A stretch of DNA of 64,000 nucleotides, taken from an uncultured bacterium. GTDB taxonomy: Bacteria; Patescibacteriota; Patescibacteriia; Magasanikbacterales; GWA2-37-8. The notes below the pieces were generated by a model. That model had not been told where the DNA came from and made no database searches. It saw only the letters and a program-made list of their open reading frames with translations. Every line of letters begins with the position of its first letter. The first letter of the stretch is position 1. The stretch covers positions 6,680 through 70,679 of the forward strand of contig CALCZC010000028.1 in NCBI GenBank assembly GCA_937903605.1. Reading direction: 5' to 3'. Positions 33,016 to 42,644 of this stretch are shown piece after piece. The translations under genes were made by a program, and so were the position numbers.

Positions 33016-33357
33016 ATGACAGAAAAAAAAGCGACAATCAAGAAAAATCCTGAAACAAGCCGAATCAGAATCAAAATTCGCGCTTATGACAACAAAATAA
33101 TTGATCAAGCTACAAAAACGATTATTGAAACCGCCCAAAGAAATGATGCTAAAGTTGTCGGTCCGGTACCACTTCCAACCGAAGTGAACAAATTTACTGT
33201 TAACCGTTCCACTTTTGTACATAAAGATGCTCGTGAACAATATGAAATGCGGGTACATAAACGTTTGATTGATATTTTGGACGCCTCGGCCAAATGTATT
33301 GATGCTTTGATGAGCCTCAATTTACCCTCAGGCGTGGATGTGGAAATTAAGATGTAA
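33016..33357 (+). CDS. rpsJ: 30S ribosomal protein S10
   Basis: IRIKIRAYD, GPVPLPT, REQYEMRVHKRLID. Confidence 0.98.
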   Translation: MTEKKATIKKNPETSRIRIKIRAYDNKIIDQATKTIIETAQRNDAKVVGPVPLPTEVNKFTVNRSTFVHKDAREQYEMRVHKRLIDILDASAKCIDALMSLNLPSGVDVEIKM

Positions 33358-33391
33358 AAAAAGTTTGTTGACAATAGAAAAAGTCTAACCC

Positions 33392-33420
33392 TTGACATAA
33401 ACTTAAAATTTGTTTATAAT
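33392..33420 (+). promoter_or_regulatory. Consensus sigma70 promoter for the rplC operon
   Basis: TTGACA-17-TATAAT, exact consensus. Confidence 0.8.
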
Positions 33421-33729
33421 AGGGCAAAATTTTATTATTGAATTTTTAACTAAATAAGATTGCTTAATCGAAAGATTAACCAAAAACATTTAGGCAAAAG
33501 ATTTAATAAAACAAATAGAAAGGAATACGCTAACAAAATAAATGTATTGTAAAAAGCCAAAAATTCTCAAACAAGAGAGTTTTCTGCGATATTTTTAAAA
33601 TATTGGCAGGTAAAAGGGCTAGAAGCAGTATCATTGATGATAGAAATATCGATGTTAGCGCTTCTAGTTTTTTTGTTAAGCACCCTGTTTCTTCACAAAC
33701 AAACAGGAGGCCAATGACACATAATTTTT

Positions 33730-34455
33730 ATGAAATTTATTTTAGGACAAAAAATGGAAATGTCGCAGGTATTTTTACCAAGCGGCGAAGTCGTACCGGT
33801 TACCAAGATAAAAGCCGGTCCTTGTGTTATCGTACAAGTTAAGGATGGGGACAAAAATAATCAAAAAGCCGTTCAGTTGGGTTTTGGCGAAAAGAAAGAA
33901 TTTCGTTTGAATAAACCGCAAGCAGGTCATTTAAAAGGTTTGCCTTCAGTGCGCTTTTTGAAAGATTTTGCTATGGACAAAACTGAAGGAGTGGAAAAAG
34001 GCGATCTTGTAACTGCCGAAACTTTTGTTTCCGGAGATATTGTAGATGTTATCGGTTTTTCCAAAGGGCGTGGTTTTGCCGGGGTAGTCAAAAGACATCA
34101 TTTTAAAGGTGGTCCAGCCTCTCATGGTCATAAAGACAATTTGCGTGCTCCTGGTTCTATCGGAGCCGGTGGTGTGCAAAGAGTTTTTAAAGGTATGCGT
34201 ATGGCCGGCCGTATGGGTGGAGATCAAGTAACTATCAAAAATTTGGAAATTGTGGAAGTAAATCCGCAAGAAAATATTTTATATATTAAAGGAGCTGTTC
34301 CCGGAGGACGTAATGGACTTTTGATTATAGAGGGGAACGGTGAATTGAAAATTACCAAGAAAAATCAAGAGGTCGAAGCTAAACAAGAAGAAAATCTTCC
34401 GGTGGAAAATGCAGTAGAGGAAACCCCGGTTGAACAGGTTGAAAACAAAGCTTAA
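33730..34455 (+). CDS. rplC: 50S ribosomal protein L3
   Basis: SKGRGFAGVVKRH, RAPGSIG, MAGRMG. Confidence 0.98.
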   Translation: MKFILGQKMEMSQVFLPSGEVVPVTKIKAGPCVIVQVKDGDKNNQKAVQLGFGEKKEFRLNKPQAGHLKGLPSVRFLKDFAMDKTEGVEKGDLVTAETFVSGDIVDVIGFSKGRGFAGVVKRHHFKGGPASHGHKDNLRAPGSIGAGGVQRVFKGMRMAGRMGGDQVTIKNLEIVEVNPQENILYIKGAVPGGRNGLLIIEGNGELKITKKNQEVEAKQEENLPVENAVEETPVEQVENKA

Positions 34456-34469
34456 ATATTTTGAAAAAT

Positions 34470-35099
34470 ATGAAAACAGCAGTTTATAATATTTCCGGTA
34501 AAGAAGTTAGCACCATTGATCTAAATGAAGCTATTTTTAATGTTGCTATCAAACCGGAAGTTGTTCACCAAGTATATGTAGCGCAAAGTAGCAACACTCG
34601 AGAACCTATCGCTCATACCAAAACCAAAGGTGATGTTAGCGGTGGTGGTAAAAAACCTTGGAAACAAAAAGGTACCGGTCGTGCACGTCATGGTTCTATC
34701 CGTTCTCCAATCTGGAGAGGTGGTGGTGTGACTTTTGGTCCGAACAATGAACGTAACTGGAAAATGAAGGTAAATAAAAACACCAGACGTTTAGCTTTAA
34801 AAATGTGTTTGACCGACAAAGCTCAAAACAATGTTTTATATGTAGTTGAGGACTTTAATTTTTCCGAACCAAAAACAAAATTGGTAGCGGAATTTTTGAC
34901 AAAGTTGCCGGCCAAAAATAAAAACTTCTTGTTGTTAAATGATGAAAGCAACAAAGGATTACTGAAAATGAGCCGTAATCTCAAAAAAATAAATACCGTC
35001 CGCGCCAAAGACGTTAGTGTTTTGGATTTGCTTAGTCGCGAAGCGGTGATTGTCAGTAAAAAAGGTCTGGAACAATTGGATAGTATTTTGGTTAAATAA
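34470..35099 (+). CDS. rplD: 50S ribosomal protein L4
   Basis: GGGKKPWKQKGTGRARHGS. Confidence 0.98.
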   Translation: MKTAVYNISGKEVSTIDLNEAIFNVAIKPEVVHQVYVAQSSNTREPIAHTKTKGDVSGGGKKPWKQKGTGRARHGSIRSPIWRGGGVTFGPNNERNWKMKVNKNTRRLALKMCLTDKAQNNVLYVVEDFNFSEPKTKLVAEFLTKLPAKNKNFLLLNDESNKGLLKMSRNLKKINTVRAKDVSVLDLLSREAVIVSKKGLEQLDSILVK

Positions 35100-35119
35100 A
35101 TTTAAGCATTTCTAAATAT

Positions 35120-35434
35120 ATGACTAGTGAAATTAAAAAAGAAAATAAAACCAAAAGAGCTTATAAAATTGTTTTACGTCCTTTGGTAACCGAAAAAATG
35201 GCTATTGAAGCCGGTAAAAATAAATATGGTTTTTTGGTTAATCGTACAGCCACCAAAAAAGACATCAAAGATGCGATTGAAGAAATTTATAAGGTAAAAC
35301 CAACGGCAGTTAATGTTGCAAACATCCAGGGTAAATTTGTTTATCGTGGACGAGTAGCCGGTAAAAGAAGTGATTTTAAAAAGGCTATTGTTACATTGGC
35401 TTCTGGTCAAACTATTACTCACGAAGGTGTTTAA
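35120..35434 (+). CDS. rplW: 50S ribosomal protein L23
   Basis: PLVTEK, KKAIVTL; operon position. Confidence 0.96.
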   Translation: MTSEIKKENKTKRAYKIVLRPLVTEKMAIEAGKNKYGFLVNRTATKKDIKDAIEEIYKVKPTAVNVANIQGKFVYRGRVAGKRSDFKKAIVTLASGQTITHEGV

Positions 35435-35487
35435 TTACATACGAACATACAAAATAATACGAAATTACGAAATAAATAATAAAATGT

Positions 35488-36333
35488 ATGCCTATTAAAG
35501 TTTATAAACCAACCACTCCGGGTCGTCGCATCAGTAGCGTTGATGCTTTTTCCGATTTGACGAAAAAGAAACCGGAAAAATCTTTGGTTGTTGCTTTGAA
35601 TCGTAAATCCGGTAGAAACAATCAAGGTGTTATTACCGTGCGTCATCAAGCCGGAGGAGCAAAAAAACTATATCGTTTAGTTGATTTCAAACAACAAAAA
35701 TTTGATATTCCAGCTGAAGTTTTGGCTATTGAATACGATCCTAACCGTGGTCCGCGTATTGCTTTGATTAAATATGAAGATCAGACAAAATCCTATGTTT
35801 TGGCTCCGGCTGATTTAAAAGTTGGCGACAAGATAGTTTCTTCCAAAAATTTAGTGGAAGCCAAAAATGGCAATCGCATGCCTCTATCACAAATTCCGAT
35901 AGGTCTTTTTGTTTACAATATTGAAGTTACTCCCGGTAAAGGCGGACAATTGGTTAGAGGTGCTGGAATTTCCGCTCAACTTATGGGCGTAGAAGGAGAC
36001 TTTGCTTTATTGAAATTACCATCTGGTGAGATCAGAAAAGTTCGCAAAGAAGGCATGGCTTCTATCGGGATGCTCAGTAATGCTGATCGTCGTTTGATTC
36101 GTTGGGGTAAAGCCGGACGCAGTCGTCATCGTGGTATCAAACCGACCGTAAAAGGTAAAAATATGAATCCTGTTGATCACCCACATGGTGGTGGTGAAGG
36201 TCACTCTCCGATAGGACAAAAACGAGGTCCGATGACTGTTTATGGTCAGAAAGCTCGTGGTGTAAAAACCAGAAAACCTGGAAAGTGGAGTGATAAGTTT
36301 ATTATCAAAAAAAGGGTTAAAAAGACCGCTTAA
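35488..36333 (+). CDS. rplB: 50S ribosomal protein L2
   Basis: IEYDPNR, MNPVDHPHGGGEG. Confidence 0.99.
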   Translation: MPIKVYKPTTPGRRISSVDAFSDLTKKKPEKSLVVALNRKSGRNNQGVITVRHQAGGAKKLYRLVDFKQQKFDIPAEVLAIEYDPNRGPRIALIKYEDQTKSYVLAPADLKVGDKIVSSKNLVEAKNGNRMPLSQIPIGLFVYNIEVTPGKGGQLVRGAGISAQLMGVEGDFALLKLPSGEIRKVRKEGMASIGMLSNADRRLIRWGKAGRSRHRGIKPTVKGKNMNPVDHPHGGGEGHSPIGQKRGPMTVYGQKARGVKTRKPGKWSDKFIIKKRVKKTA

Positions 36334-36349
36334 TAAATAAAGTAAAAAT

Positions 36350-36676
36350 ATGTCCAGAAGTTTAAAAAAAGGCTTATACGTTGATCCGCGCGTTTTAAAA
36401 AAAGTGATGGTGATGAAAGACAGCGGAAAACGACAACCGATAAAAACATGGTCTCGCGCTTGCGTTATTTCTCCGGAAATGGTCGGGATGACTTTTTTGG
36501 TCCACAATGGTAAGGATTTTATAAATGTATTTGTGGAGGAAAACATGGTCGGTCATCGTTTGGGTGAATTTTCACCGACCAAGAAATTTATTAGTCATGG
36601 CGGTAAGATGGCCAAAGAACAAGCCACTGCTAGTACTGCCAAGGCTGCTGCTCCGGCTCCGGCGGCTAAAAAATAA
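36350..36676 (+). CDS. rpsS: 30S ribosomal protein S19
   Basis: [25 protein letters not shown]. Confidence 0.98.
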   Translation: MSRSLKKGLYVDPRVLKKVMVMKDSGKRQPIKTWSRACVISPEMVGMTFLVHNGKDFINVFVEENMVGHRLGEFSPTKKFISHGGKMAKEQATASTAKAAAPAPAAKK

Positions 36677-36684
36677 TTAAATAT

Positions 36685-37056
36685 ATGAACCAGGAAGTTA
36701 TTGCAAAATTGAGATTTTTGAGAATGGGACCTCGCAAAGTACGTTTGATTACCGACTTGGTAAAAGGACGTAAAGCTACCAGAGCGCGAGATATTCTTTC
36801 TCTCACCAATAAACGCGCCGCTTTGCCGATTTTAAAATTACTTAATTCCGCTATTGCCAATGCTAAAAATAATTTTAAATTAGACGAAGAAACTTTGTTT
36901 ATTAAAAATATTACTGTTGATGGCGGTCCGATGTTAAAACGTTGGATGCCTAAAGCACATGGTCGAGCCACTCCGATAAGACAGAGAACTTCACACGTAA
37001 TGATTGTTTTGAAAGTGGTGGAAAAAACTGATAAAAAAACCAAAACTAAAAAATAA
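36685..37056 (+). CDS. rplV: 50S ribosomal protein L22
   Basis: PRKVRL, SAIANA, KRWMPKAHGRA. Confidence 0.98.
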   Translation: MNQEVIAKLRFLRMGPRKVRLITDLVKGRKATRARDILSLTNKRAALPILKLLNSAIANAKNNFKLDEETLFIKNITVDGGPMLKRWMPKAHGRATPIRQRTSHVMIVLKVVEKTDKKTKTKK

Positions 37057-37067
37057 ATTTAAAACCT

Positions 37068-37742
37068 ATGGGACACAAAGTACATCCGAAAATTTATCGT
37101 ATTCCCAATATTTATGTTTGGGATTCCAGATGGTTTGGAAAAAAAGACCAACTCTCTCTTTTTTTAAAACAAGAAGTTGGTATCCGTGCTTTTTTGACAA
37201 AAAAACTTAAAGAAGCAGGGGTTGATTCTATTTGTTTTGAACGTACTGAAAAAGAAATGACAATTACTGTTTTAGCTGCCAAACCAGGTGTAGTTATCGG
37301 TCGTAGCGGACAGGGATTGGAAGAAATTCGCAAAGAAATAGAGAAAAAATATTTAAAACAGAGCCTCAAGGTTAAAATAAATGTTTTACCACTTAAACAA
37401 CCAGCTCTTTCTGCTCAAGTTGTGGCACAAAATGCGGTATTGGAAATAGAAAAACGTATTCCTTTCCGTCGTATTATGAAACAAGTGTTAGAAAAAGTGA
37501 TGGCTGCCGGAGCTAAAGGGGTAAAAATAAATATGGCTGGTCGTTTAAACGGTGTAGAAATCGCTCGTCGAGAAACTCTTTCTGCCGGTAAAATGTCTTT
37601 GATTACTCTACGATCCGATGTTGATTACGCTTTTGTTGAAGCTCATACTATTTACGGAAAAATTGGAGTAAAAGTTTGGATTTATTATGGTGAAGCCTTT
37701 GGTCGTCGTGATAAATTTGAAAAAAGAGACGAAAAGAAATAA
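37068..37742 (+). CDS. rpsC: 30S ribosomal protein S3
   Basis: MGHKVHP, KPGVVIGRSG, GRLNGVEIAR, GVKVWI. Confidence 0.98.
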   Translation: MGHKVHPKIYRIPNIYVWDSRWFGKKDQLSLFLKQEVGIRAFLTKKLKEAGVDSICFERTEKEMTITVLAAKPGVVIGRSGQGLEEIRKEIEKKYLKQSLKVKINVLPLKQPALSAQVVAQNAVLEIEKRIPFRRIMKQVLEKVMAAGAKGVKINMAGRLNGVEIARRETLSAGKMSLITLRSDVDYAFVEAHTIYGKIGVKVWIYYGEAFGRRDKFEKRDEKK

Positions 37743-37754
37743 TTTTAAACTCAT

Positions 37755-38168
37755 ATGTTGTTACCTAAAAAAGTATTACATCGCAAATGGCAAAAAGGCC
37801 GTGGTCGTCAAAAAGGAATTGCTACTCGCAATAACAATATTTCTTTTGGCGAATTTGGCTTGAAAGCCGAGGATTTTGGCTGGATAACTTCCCGTCAAAT
37901 TGAAGCTGCCAGACGTGTGCTTACTCGTTATGTTCGTCGCGGTGGTAAGATTTGGATTCGTATTTTTCCTGATAAACCGGTTACCCAAAAAGGCAACGAA
38001 ACTCCGATGGGTGGTGGTAAAGGATCACCGGATCATTATGTAGCGGTAGTAAAACCGGGAACTATTATTTTTGAAATGAGTGGTATTACCAATGAAATCG
38101 CTAAAGAAGCAATGAATTTGGCCGGTCATAAATTTGGTGTAAAAACTCGTTTAATTTTGAAAAAATAA
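37755..38168 (+). CDS. rplP: 50S ribosomal protein L16
   Basis: [23 protein letters not shown]. Confidence 0.98.
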   Translation: MLLPKKVLHRKWQKGRGRQKGIATRNNNISFGEFGLKAEDFGWITSRQIEAARRVLTRYVRRGGKIWIRIFPDKPVTQKGNETPMGGGKGSPDHYVAVVKPGTIIFEMSGITNEIAKEAMNLAGHKFGVKTRLILKK

Positions 38169-38178
38169 TCGCAAGCAT

Positions 38179-38373
38179 ATGGATTTTAAAGAAATTAAAA
38201 ACAAAACTACTGAGGAATTGGAAAAATTTTTATCCGACCTACAAGAAGAGGTTAGAGTATTGCGTTTTAAGGTCAGCGCGCAGAGTTTGAAACAAAATCA
38301 TAAAATTTCAGAAACGAAAAAAAATATTGCCCGCTTGCAAACTGAGCTTAAATTGCGTAATTCTAATAAGTAA
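38179..38373 (+). CDS. rpmC: 50S ribosomal protein L29
   Basis: KKNIARLQT; operon position. Confidence 0.95.
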   Translation: MDFKEIKNKTTEELEKFLSDLQEEVRVLRFKVSAQSLKQNHKISETKKNIARLQTELKLRNSNK

Positions 38374-38382
38374 TAAAATTGT

Positions 38383-38652
38383 ATGGAAAATAAACAAAAA
38401 ACAATTAAAAATACACGTGCTTTTACGGGTGAAGTAACTTCTGTTGCCATGACAAAGACCATTGTGGTTAGAGTTGATAGTTCAAAAATGCACCCGAAAT
38501 ATAAAAAAGCTTACCGTGTTTCCAAAAATTTTCATGTGCATGACGAAAAACAAGAAGCTAAGGTCGGTGATATAGTAAAATTTGTAGAATCACGTCCGTT
38601 TTCCAAAACAAAAAAATGCCGTCTGGTTGAAGTAATTAAAGCAAACAAATAA
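38383..38652 (+). CDS. rpsQ: 30S ribosomal protein S17
   Basis: KTIVV, HPKYKK, ESRPFSKTK. Confidence 0.97.
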   Translation: MENKQKTIKNTRAFTGEVTSVAMTKTIVVRVDSSKMHPKYKKAYRVSKNFHVHDEKQEAKVGDIVKFVESRPFSKTKKCRLVEVIKANK

Positions 38653-38664
38653 TTTTTGAAATAT

Positions 38665-39036
38665 ATGATACAACATCGTTCAATGTTGGAAGTAGCCGAC
38701 AATTCCGGCGCCAAAAAATTACAATGTATTCGCGTTTTAGGCGGTTATAAAAAACGTTATGCCCGATTGGGAGATATTATTACTTGTTCTGTAAAAACAG
38801 CGGCACCGCGAGGTATGGTAAAAAAGGGTGAAGTTGTTCATGCTGTTTTAGTGAGAATTAAAAAAGAAACCAGACGTAACGACGGCACCTATATTCGTTT
38901 TGATGAAAATGCCGCTGTTGTTATCGATAAAAAAAATAAAGAACCAAAGGGCACCCGTGTTTTTGGTCCTATTGCTCGTGAATTGCGTAGCAAGGGTTTT
39001 CAAAAAATTATTTCTTTGGCTCCGGAAGTTTTATAA
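38665..39036 (+). CDS. rplN: 50S ribosomal protein L14
   Basis: [24 protein letters not shown]. Confidence 0.99.
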   Translation: MIQHRSMLEVADNSGAKKLQCIRVLGGYKKRYARLGDIITCSVKTAAPRGMVKKGEVVHAVLVRIKKETRRNDGTYIRFDENAAVVIDKKNKEPKGTRVFGPIARELRSKGFQKIISLAPEVL

Positions 39037-39060
39037 AGAAATGAAATTGATTTTAAAAAT

Positions 39061-39369
39061 ATGAATATCAAAAATAACGACAAAGTAAAAATTATCGCCG
39101 GTAAAGATCGCGGTAAAGAAGGCAAAGTAATCCAAATTTTTGAAAAAGAAAATAAAATCGTAGTTGAGGGTGTAAATTTGCTCAAAAAACACATGCGTTC
39201 TCGCAAACAAGGCGAAAAAGGTCAAATTATTGAACTCCCGGCTCCGATTGATGCCAGTAATGCTAAGGTTATTTGTCCGAAATGTGGTCTAGCTGTCAGA
39301 ATTTCCGCTAAAAAAGAAGCAGACGTTAAAAAACGCGCTTGTAAAAAATGTCAACAGTTTATAGATTAA
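39061..39369 (+). CDS. rplX: 50S ribosomal protein L24 (with CxxC..CxxC)
   Basis: KOW motif IAGKDRGKEG, VEGVN. Confidence 0.97.
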   Translation: MNIKNNDKVKIIAGKDRGKEGKVIQIFEKENKIVVEGVNLLKKHMRSRKQGEKGQIIELPAPIDASNAKVICPKCGLAVRISAKKEADVKKRACKKCQQFID

Positions 39370-39373
39370 AAAT

Positions 39374-39919
39374 ATGACTCCAACTTTATATCAAAAATAC
39401 AAAAAAGAAGTAGTACCGGCTTTGTCTAAGGAATTTAAGTATAAAAGCATAATGCAAGTTCCGAAAATTACCAAAGTAGTGCTTAATGTTGGTTATGGTC
39501 GTTTTTTGAAAGAACCGAACTTTGCCGAATTTGTGGAAAAAAACCTAACTAATATTTCCGGTCAAAAACCGATTCGCACCAAAGCTAAGAAATCTATTTC
39601 CAATTTTAAAACCAGAGAAGGTATGGAAATCGGAGCGGCCGTAACTTTACGCGGACCCCGAATGTATTATTTTTTGGAAAAATTATTGAATATCGCTTTT
39701 CCTCGGGTACGTGACTTTAGAGGAATTTCCGACAAATCTTTTGATCGTCAAGGAAATTATAATTTTGGTTTAAAAGAATTATCAGCTTTCCCAGAAATTA
39801 AACAAACAGAAAACGACAAAAATCATGGCTTGGAGATAACCGTGAACACTACGGCTAAAAGCAGAGAAGAAGGTAAAGCCTTATTGACTCTTTTGGGTTT
39901 TCCTTTTATTACCAAATAA
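39374..39919 (+). CDS. rplE: 50S ribosomal protein L5
   Basis: SGQKP, VTLRG, PRVRDFRG. Confidence 0.98.
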   Translation: MTPTLYQKYKKEVVPALSKEFKYKSIMQVPKITKVVLNVGYGRFLKEPNFAEFVEKNLTNISGQKPIRTKAKKSISNFKTREGMEIGAAVTLRGPRMYYFLEKLLNIAFPRVRDFRGISDKSFDRQGNYNFGLKELSAFPEIKQTENDKNHGLEITVNTTAKSREEGKALLTLLGFPFITK

Positions 39920-39931
39920 TTATAAACCCCT

Positions 39932-40117
39932 ATGGCTACTCAAAATCAAATAGCAAAATCAAATCGCAAACCAAAATTTAGCACCAGAGTGGTGCGTCGT
40001 TGCTGGAAATGTGGTCGTCAGCACGGTTTTTTTCGTAAATTCGGCTTATGCCGCATTTGTTTTCGTGAATTGGCCAATGATGGAAAAATTCCAGGCGTTC
40101 GCAAATCAAGCTGGTAA
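39932..40117 (+). CDS. rpsN: 30S ribosomal protein S14 type Z (Zn-binding)
   Basis: [15 protein letters not shown], 61 aa. Confidence 0.97.
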   Translation: MATQNQIAKSNRKPKFSTRVVRRCWKCGRQHGFFRKFGLCRICFRELANDGKIPGVRKSSW

Positions 40118-40160
40118 GTTTTAATTTGCGATTTATTTAAATATATAATCAATAAAGTTT

Positions 40161-40550
40161 ATGATGACTGATCCTATCGCCGACATGCTAACTAGAATCC
40201 GTAATGCTTCCACAGTTAAAAAATCTGAAGTTACGGTTTCTTACTCTAAAATCAAAATGGCGATTGCCCAAACTCTTGTCAAAGAGGGTTATTTGGAAAA
40301 AGTAGAAAAAACCAAAGATAAATTACCACAATTGGTAATATCGTTGAAATACGACGGTCGTGAACCGATTATTCATTCACTCAAGCGCATAAGTAAACCG
40401 GGTCAAAGAAAGTACGTTAAAAACGATGAAATTGGCAAAGTGTTGAATGGTTTTGGTATTTCTATTTTATCTACTCCCAGAGGCATTATGACCAATTGGG
40501 AAGCTCTTCGCGACAAAGTCGGCGGCGAAGTTATTTGTGAAGTTTATTAA
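40161..40550 (+). CDS. rpsH: 30S ribosomal protein S8
   Basis: DPIADMLTRIRNA, SKPG, STPRG. Confidence 0.98.
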   Translation: MMTDPIADMLTRIRNASTVKKSEVTVSYSKIKMAIAQTLVKEGYLEKVEKTKDKLPQLVISLKYDGREPIIHSLKRISKPGQRKYVKNDEIGKVLNGFGISILSTPRGIMTNWEALRDKVGGEVICEVY

Positions 40551-40574
40551 TCCAGAAATTAATTTTTTAAATAT

Positions 40575-41123
40575 ATGTCTCGTGTAGGTAAAACAATTAG
40601 AAAAATTCCTTCTGGAGTAACGGTAGAAATAAAAAATGGATCTCTGAATGTCGCCGGTCCAAAAGGTAAATTAACCTTAAATCTTCACCCTCATGTCACC
40701 GTTACCCAACAAGACGGCGCTTTGACTGTCGGTGTAGTTAATGAAAACAGCAAAAAAGATCGTTCTCTTTGGGGTACTTTTTCAAGTTTAATAGAAAACT
40801 TATTTGATGGTGTCACCAACGGTTTCAAAAAAGAACTTGAAGTTAATGGAGTTGGTTTTAAGGTTAATATGAAAGGACCAGATTTGGCTTTGGAGGTCGG
40901 TTTTTCTCATCCGATTATTTATAAAGCTCCGCAAGGAATAACTTTTAAAGTTGAAAAAAATGTTATTACCGTAGAAGGAATAGACAAACAATTGGTGGGT
41001 GAAACTGCAGCACAAATACGTAAAATCAGAAAACCCGAACCTTATAAAGGAAAAGGAATTAAATATATGGATGAAGTGATAAGACGAAAAGCGGGTAAAA
41101 CTGCGGCTAAGTCTGCCAAATAA
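40575..41123 (+). CDS. rplF: 50S ribosomal protein L6
   Basis: MSRVGK, GFSHP, PEPYKGKGI. Confidence 0.98.
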   Translation: MSRVGKTIRKIPSGVTVEIKNGSLNVAGPKGKLTLNLHPHVTVTQQDGALTVGVVNENSKKDRSLWGTFSSLIENLFDGVTNGFKKELEVNGVGFKVNMKGPDLALEVGFSHPIIYKAPQGITFKVEKNVITVEGIDKQLVGETAAQIRKIRKPEPYKGKGIKYMDEVIRRKAGKTAAKSAK

Positions 41124-41147
41124 TTTATCTTCTTAATATTTTCTGTT

Positions 41148-41522
41148 ATGAAAAGAAATTTTTCTAAAGCCAAAAACGTACTAAGACAAACACGTCATCA
41201 GCGTGTTCGTGCTAAGATTAAAGGTACGACTCAAATTCCACGTTTGTCTGTTTTTCGTGGTTTAAAAAATATCACCTTACAGCTTATTGATGATACCAAG
41301 GGTGTAACAATTTGTTTTGTAAAATCTTCCGAAATTAAAGAAGCTAAAGTTGAAGGTAAACAAGCTAAAGTAGCCTTGGCTTATCTAACCGGTAAGAAAT
41401 TAGCGGAATTAGCTAAAAGTAAAGGCGTAGAAAAGGTTGTTTTTGATCGAGGTGGTTACCGCTATCATGGTCGAGTAGCTGCGGCAGCCGATGGAGCTCG
41501 AGAAGGCGGTTTACAATTTTAA
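41148..41522 (+). CDS. rplR: 50S ribosomal protein L18
   Basis: [20 protein letters not shown]. Confidence 0.98.
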   Translation: MKRNFSKAKNVLRQTRHQRVRAKIKGTTQIPRLSVFRGLKNITLQLIDDTKGVTICFVKSSEIKEAKVEGKQAKVALAYLTGKKLAELAKSKGVEKVVFDRGGYRYHGRVAAAADGAREGGLQF

Positions 41523-41533
41523 TAAAAATCTAT

Positions 41534-42172
41534 ATGCAAAAAAATTATCGTAAAAAAGATAACCGTCAGCGCGAGGAAAAGAAAGAGTTCGATCAATATA
41601 TTTTGGATCTAGCTCGAGTAACTCGTGTTACGCAAGGCGGTAAGCAGTTGAGCTTCCGTGCCTGTGTAGTATTGGGAGATCGTAAAGGCCGTGTGGGCTT
41701 CGGTTTATCTAAAGGAAAAGATGTACAATTTGGAGTGGAAAAGGCTGTACGACAAGCTAAGAAAAATATTATTAGCGTGCCAATAGTCAATGAAACTATT
41801 CCTCATCCGGTAATCAGTAAAGCTAATGCTGCGGTAGTTATGCTCAAACCGGCCCCAAAAGGATCCGGAGTAATCGCCGGTGGTGCGGTGCGAGTAGTTC
41901 TAGAATTAGCCGGTATTCCAAATGTTTCTTCTAAAATTTTGGGTCGTACCAAAAATAAAATTGCTACTGTTCAAGCAACTTTTGCCGCATTGCAATCTTT
42001 TAAAAGCAAAAACGGTAAGTATGATTTTTTGGCCAAAATAAAAGAAAAAGAAAATAATAAAAAAAATACAATCATAAACACAGTAGTTGAAAAAACAGAA
42101 AAGAAAGAAGAAGTAAAACCGATAAAAAAAGAAATAGTAAAAAAAGAAATTAAAAAAGCCAATAAAGAATAA
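41534..42172 (+). CDS. rpsE: 30S ribosomal protein S5 with Lys-rich tail
   Basis: RVTRVTQGG, PAPKGSGVIAGG. Confidence 0.98.
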   Translation: MQKNYRKKDNRQREEKKEFDQYILDLARVTRVTQGGKQLSFRACVVLGDRKGRVGFGLSKGKDVQFGVEKAVRQAKKNIISVPIVNETIPHPVISKANAAVVMLKPAPKGSGVIAGGAVRVVLELAGIPNVSSKILGRTKNKIATVQATFAALQSFKSKNGKYDFLAKIKEKENNKKNTIINTVVEKTEKKEEVKPIKKEIVKKEIKKANKE

Positions 42173-42176
42173 TTTT

Positions 42177-42617
42177 ATGAAATTGACTATTCACACTTTA
42201 AAACCAGCTCGTGGAGCCAGTAAAAAAAAGAAAGTGGTTGGTCGTGGTAATGCTTCCGGTCACGGAACTTCTTCTACCCGAGGTGGTAAGGGACAAACTG
42301 CCAGATCCGGTGGTTCTCACCGCTTACGTCAAAAAGCTTTTCGTCGCTTGATGCAATCAACTCCGAAATTACGCGGATTTAAATCTTTGCAATTTAAACC
42401 GGTGACTTTAAATTTTGAAGTTTTGGAAAAGAAATTTAACAACGGAGATGTTGTTAAGATGTCTTCTTTAATAGAAAAAAATATTATTAAAGATACAGTA
42501 AAAGCTGTCAAAATAGTAAATACCGGTAAATTGACCAAAAAATTAAATTTTGAAGGAATAAAGTTTACCTTAACTGCTGCTGAAGTTGTCAAAAAATTAG
42601 GCGGTGAAATTAAATAA
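42177..42617 (+). CDS. rplO: 50S ribosomal protein L15
   Basis: GRGNASGHG..RGGKGQTARSG, PKLRGF. Confidence 0.97.
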   Translation: MKLTIHTLKPARGASKKKKVVGRGNASGHGTSSTRGGKGQTARSGGSHRLRQKAFRRLMQSTPKLRGFKSLQFKPVTLNFEVLEKKFNNGDVVKMSSLIEKNIIKDTVKAVKIVNTGKLTKKLNFEGIKFTLTAAEVVKKLGGEIK

Positions 42618-42644
42618 GGCTTTAGGCTTTAATTTTAAAATCCT

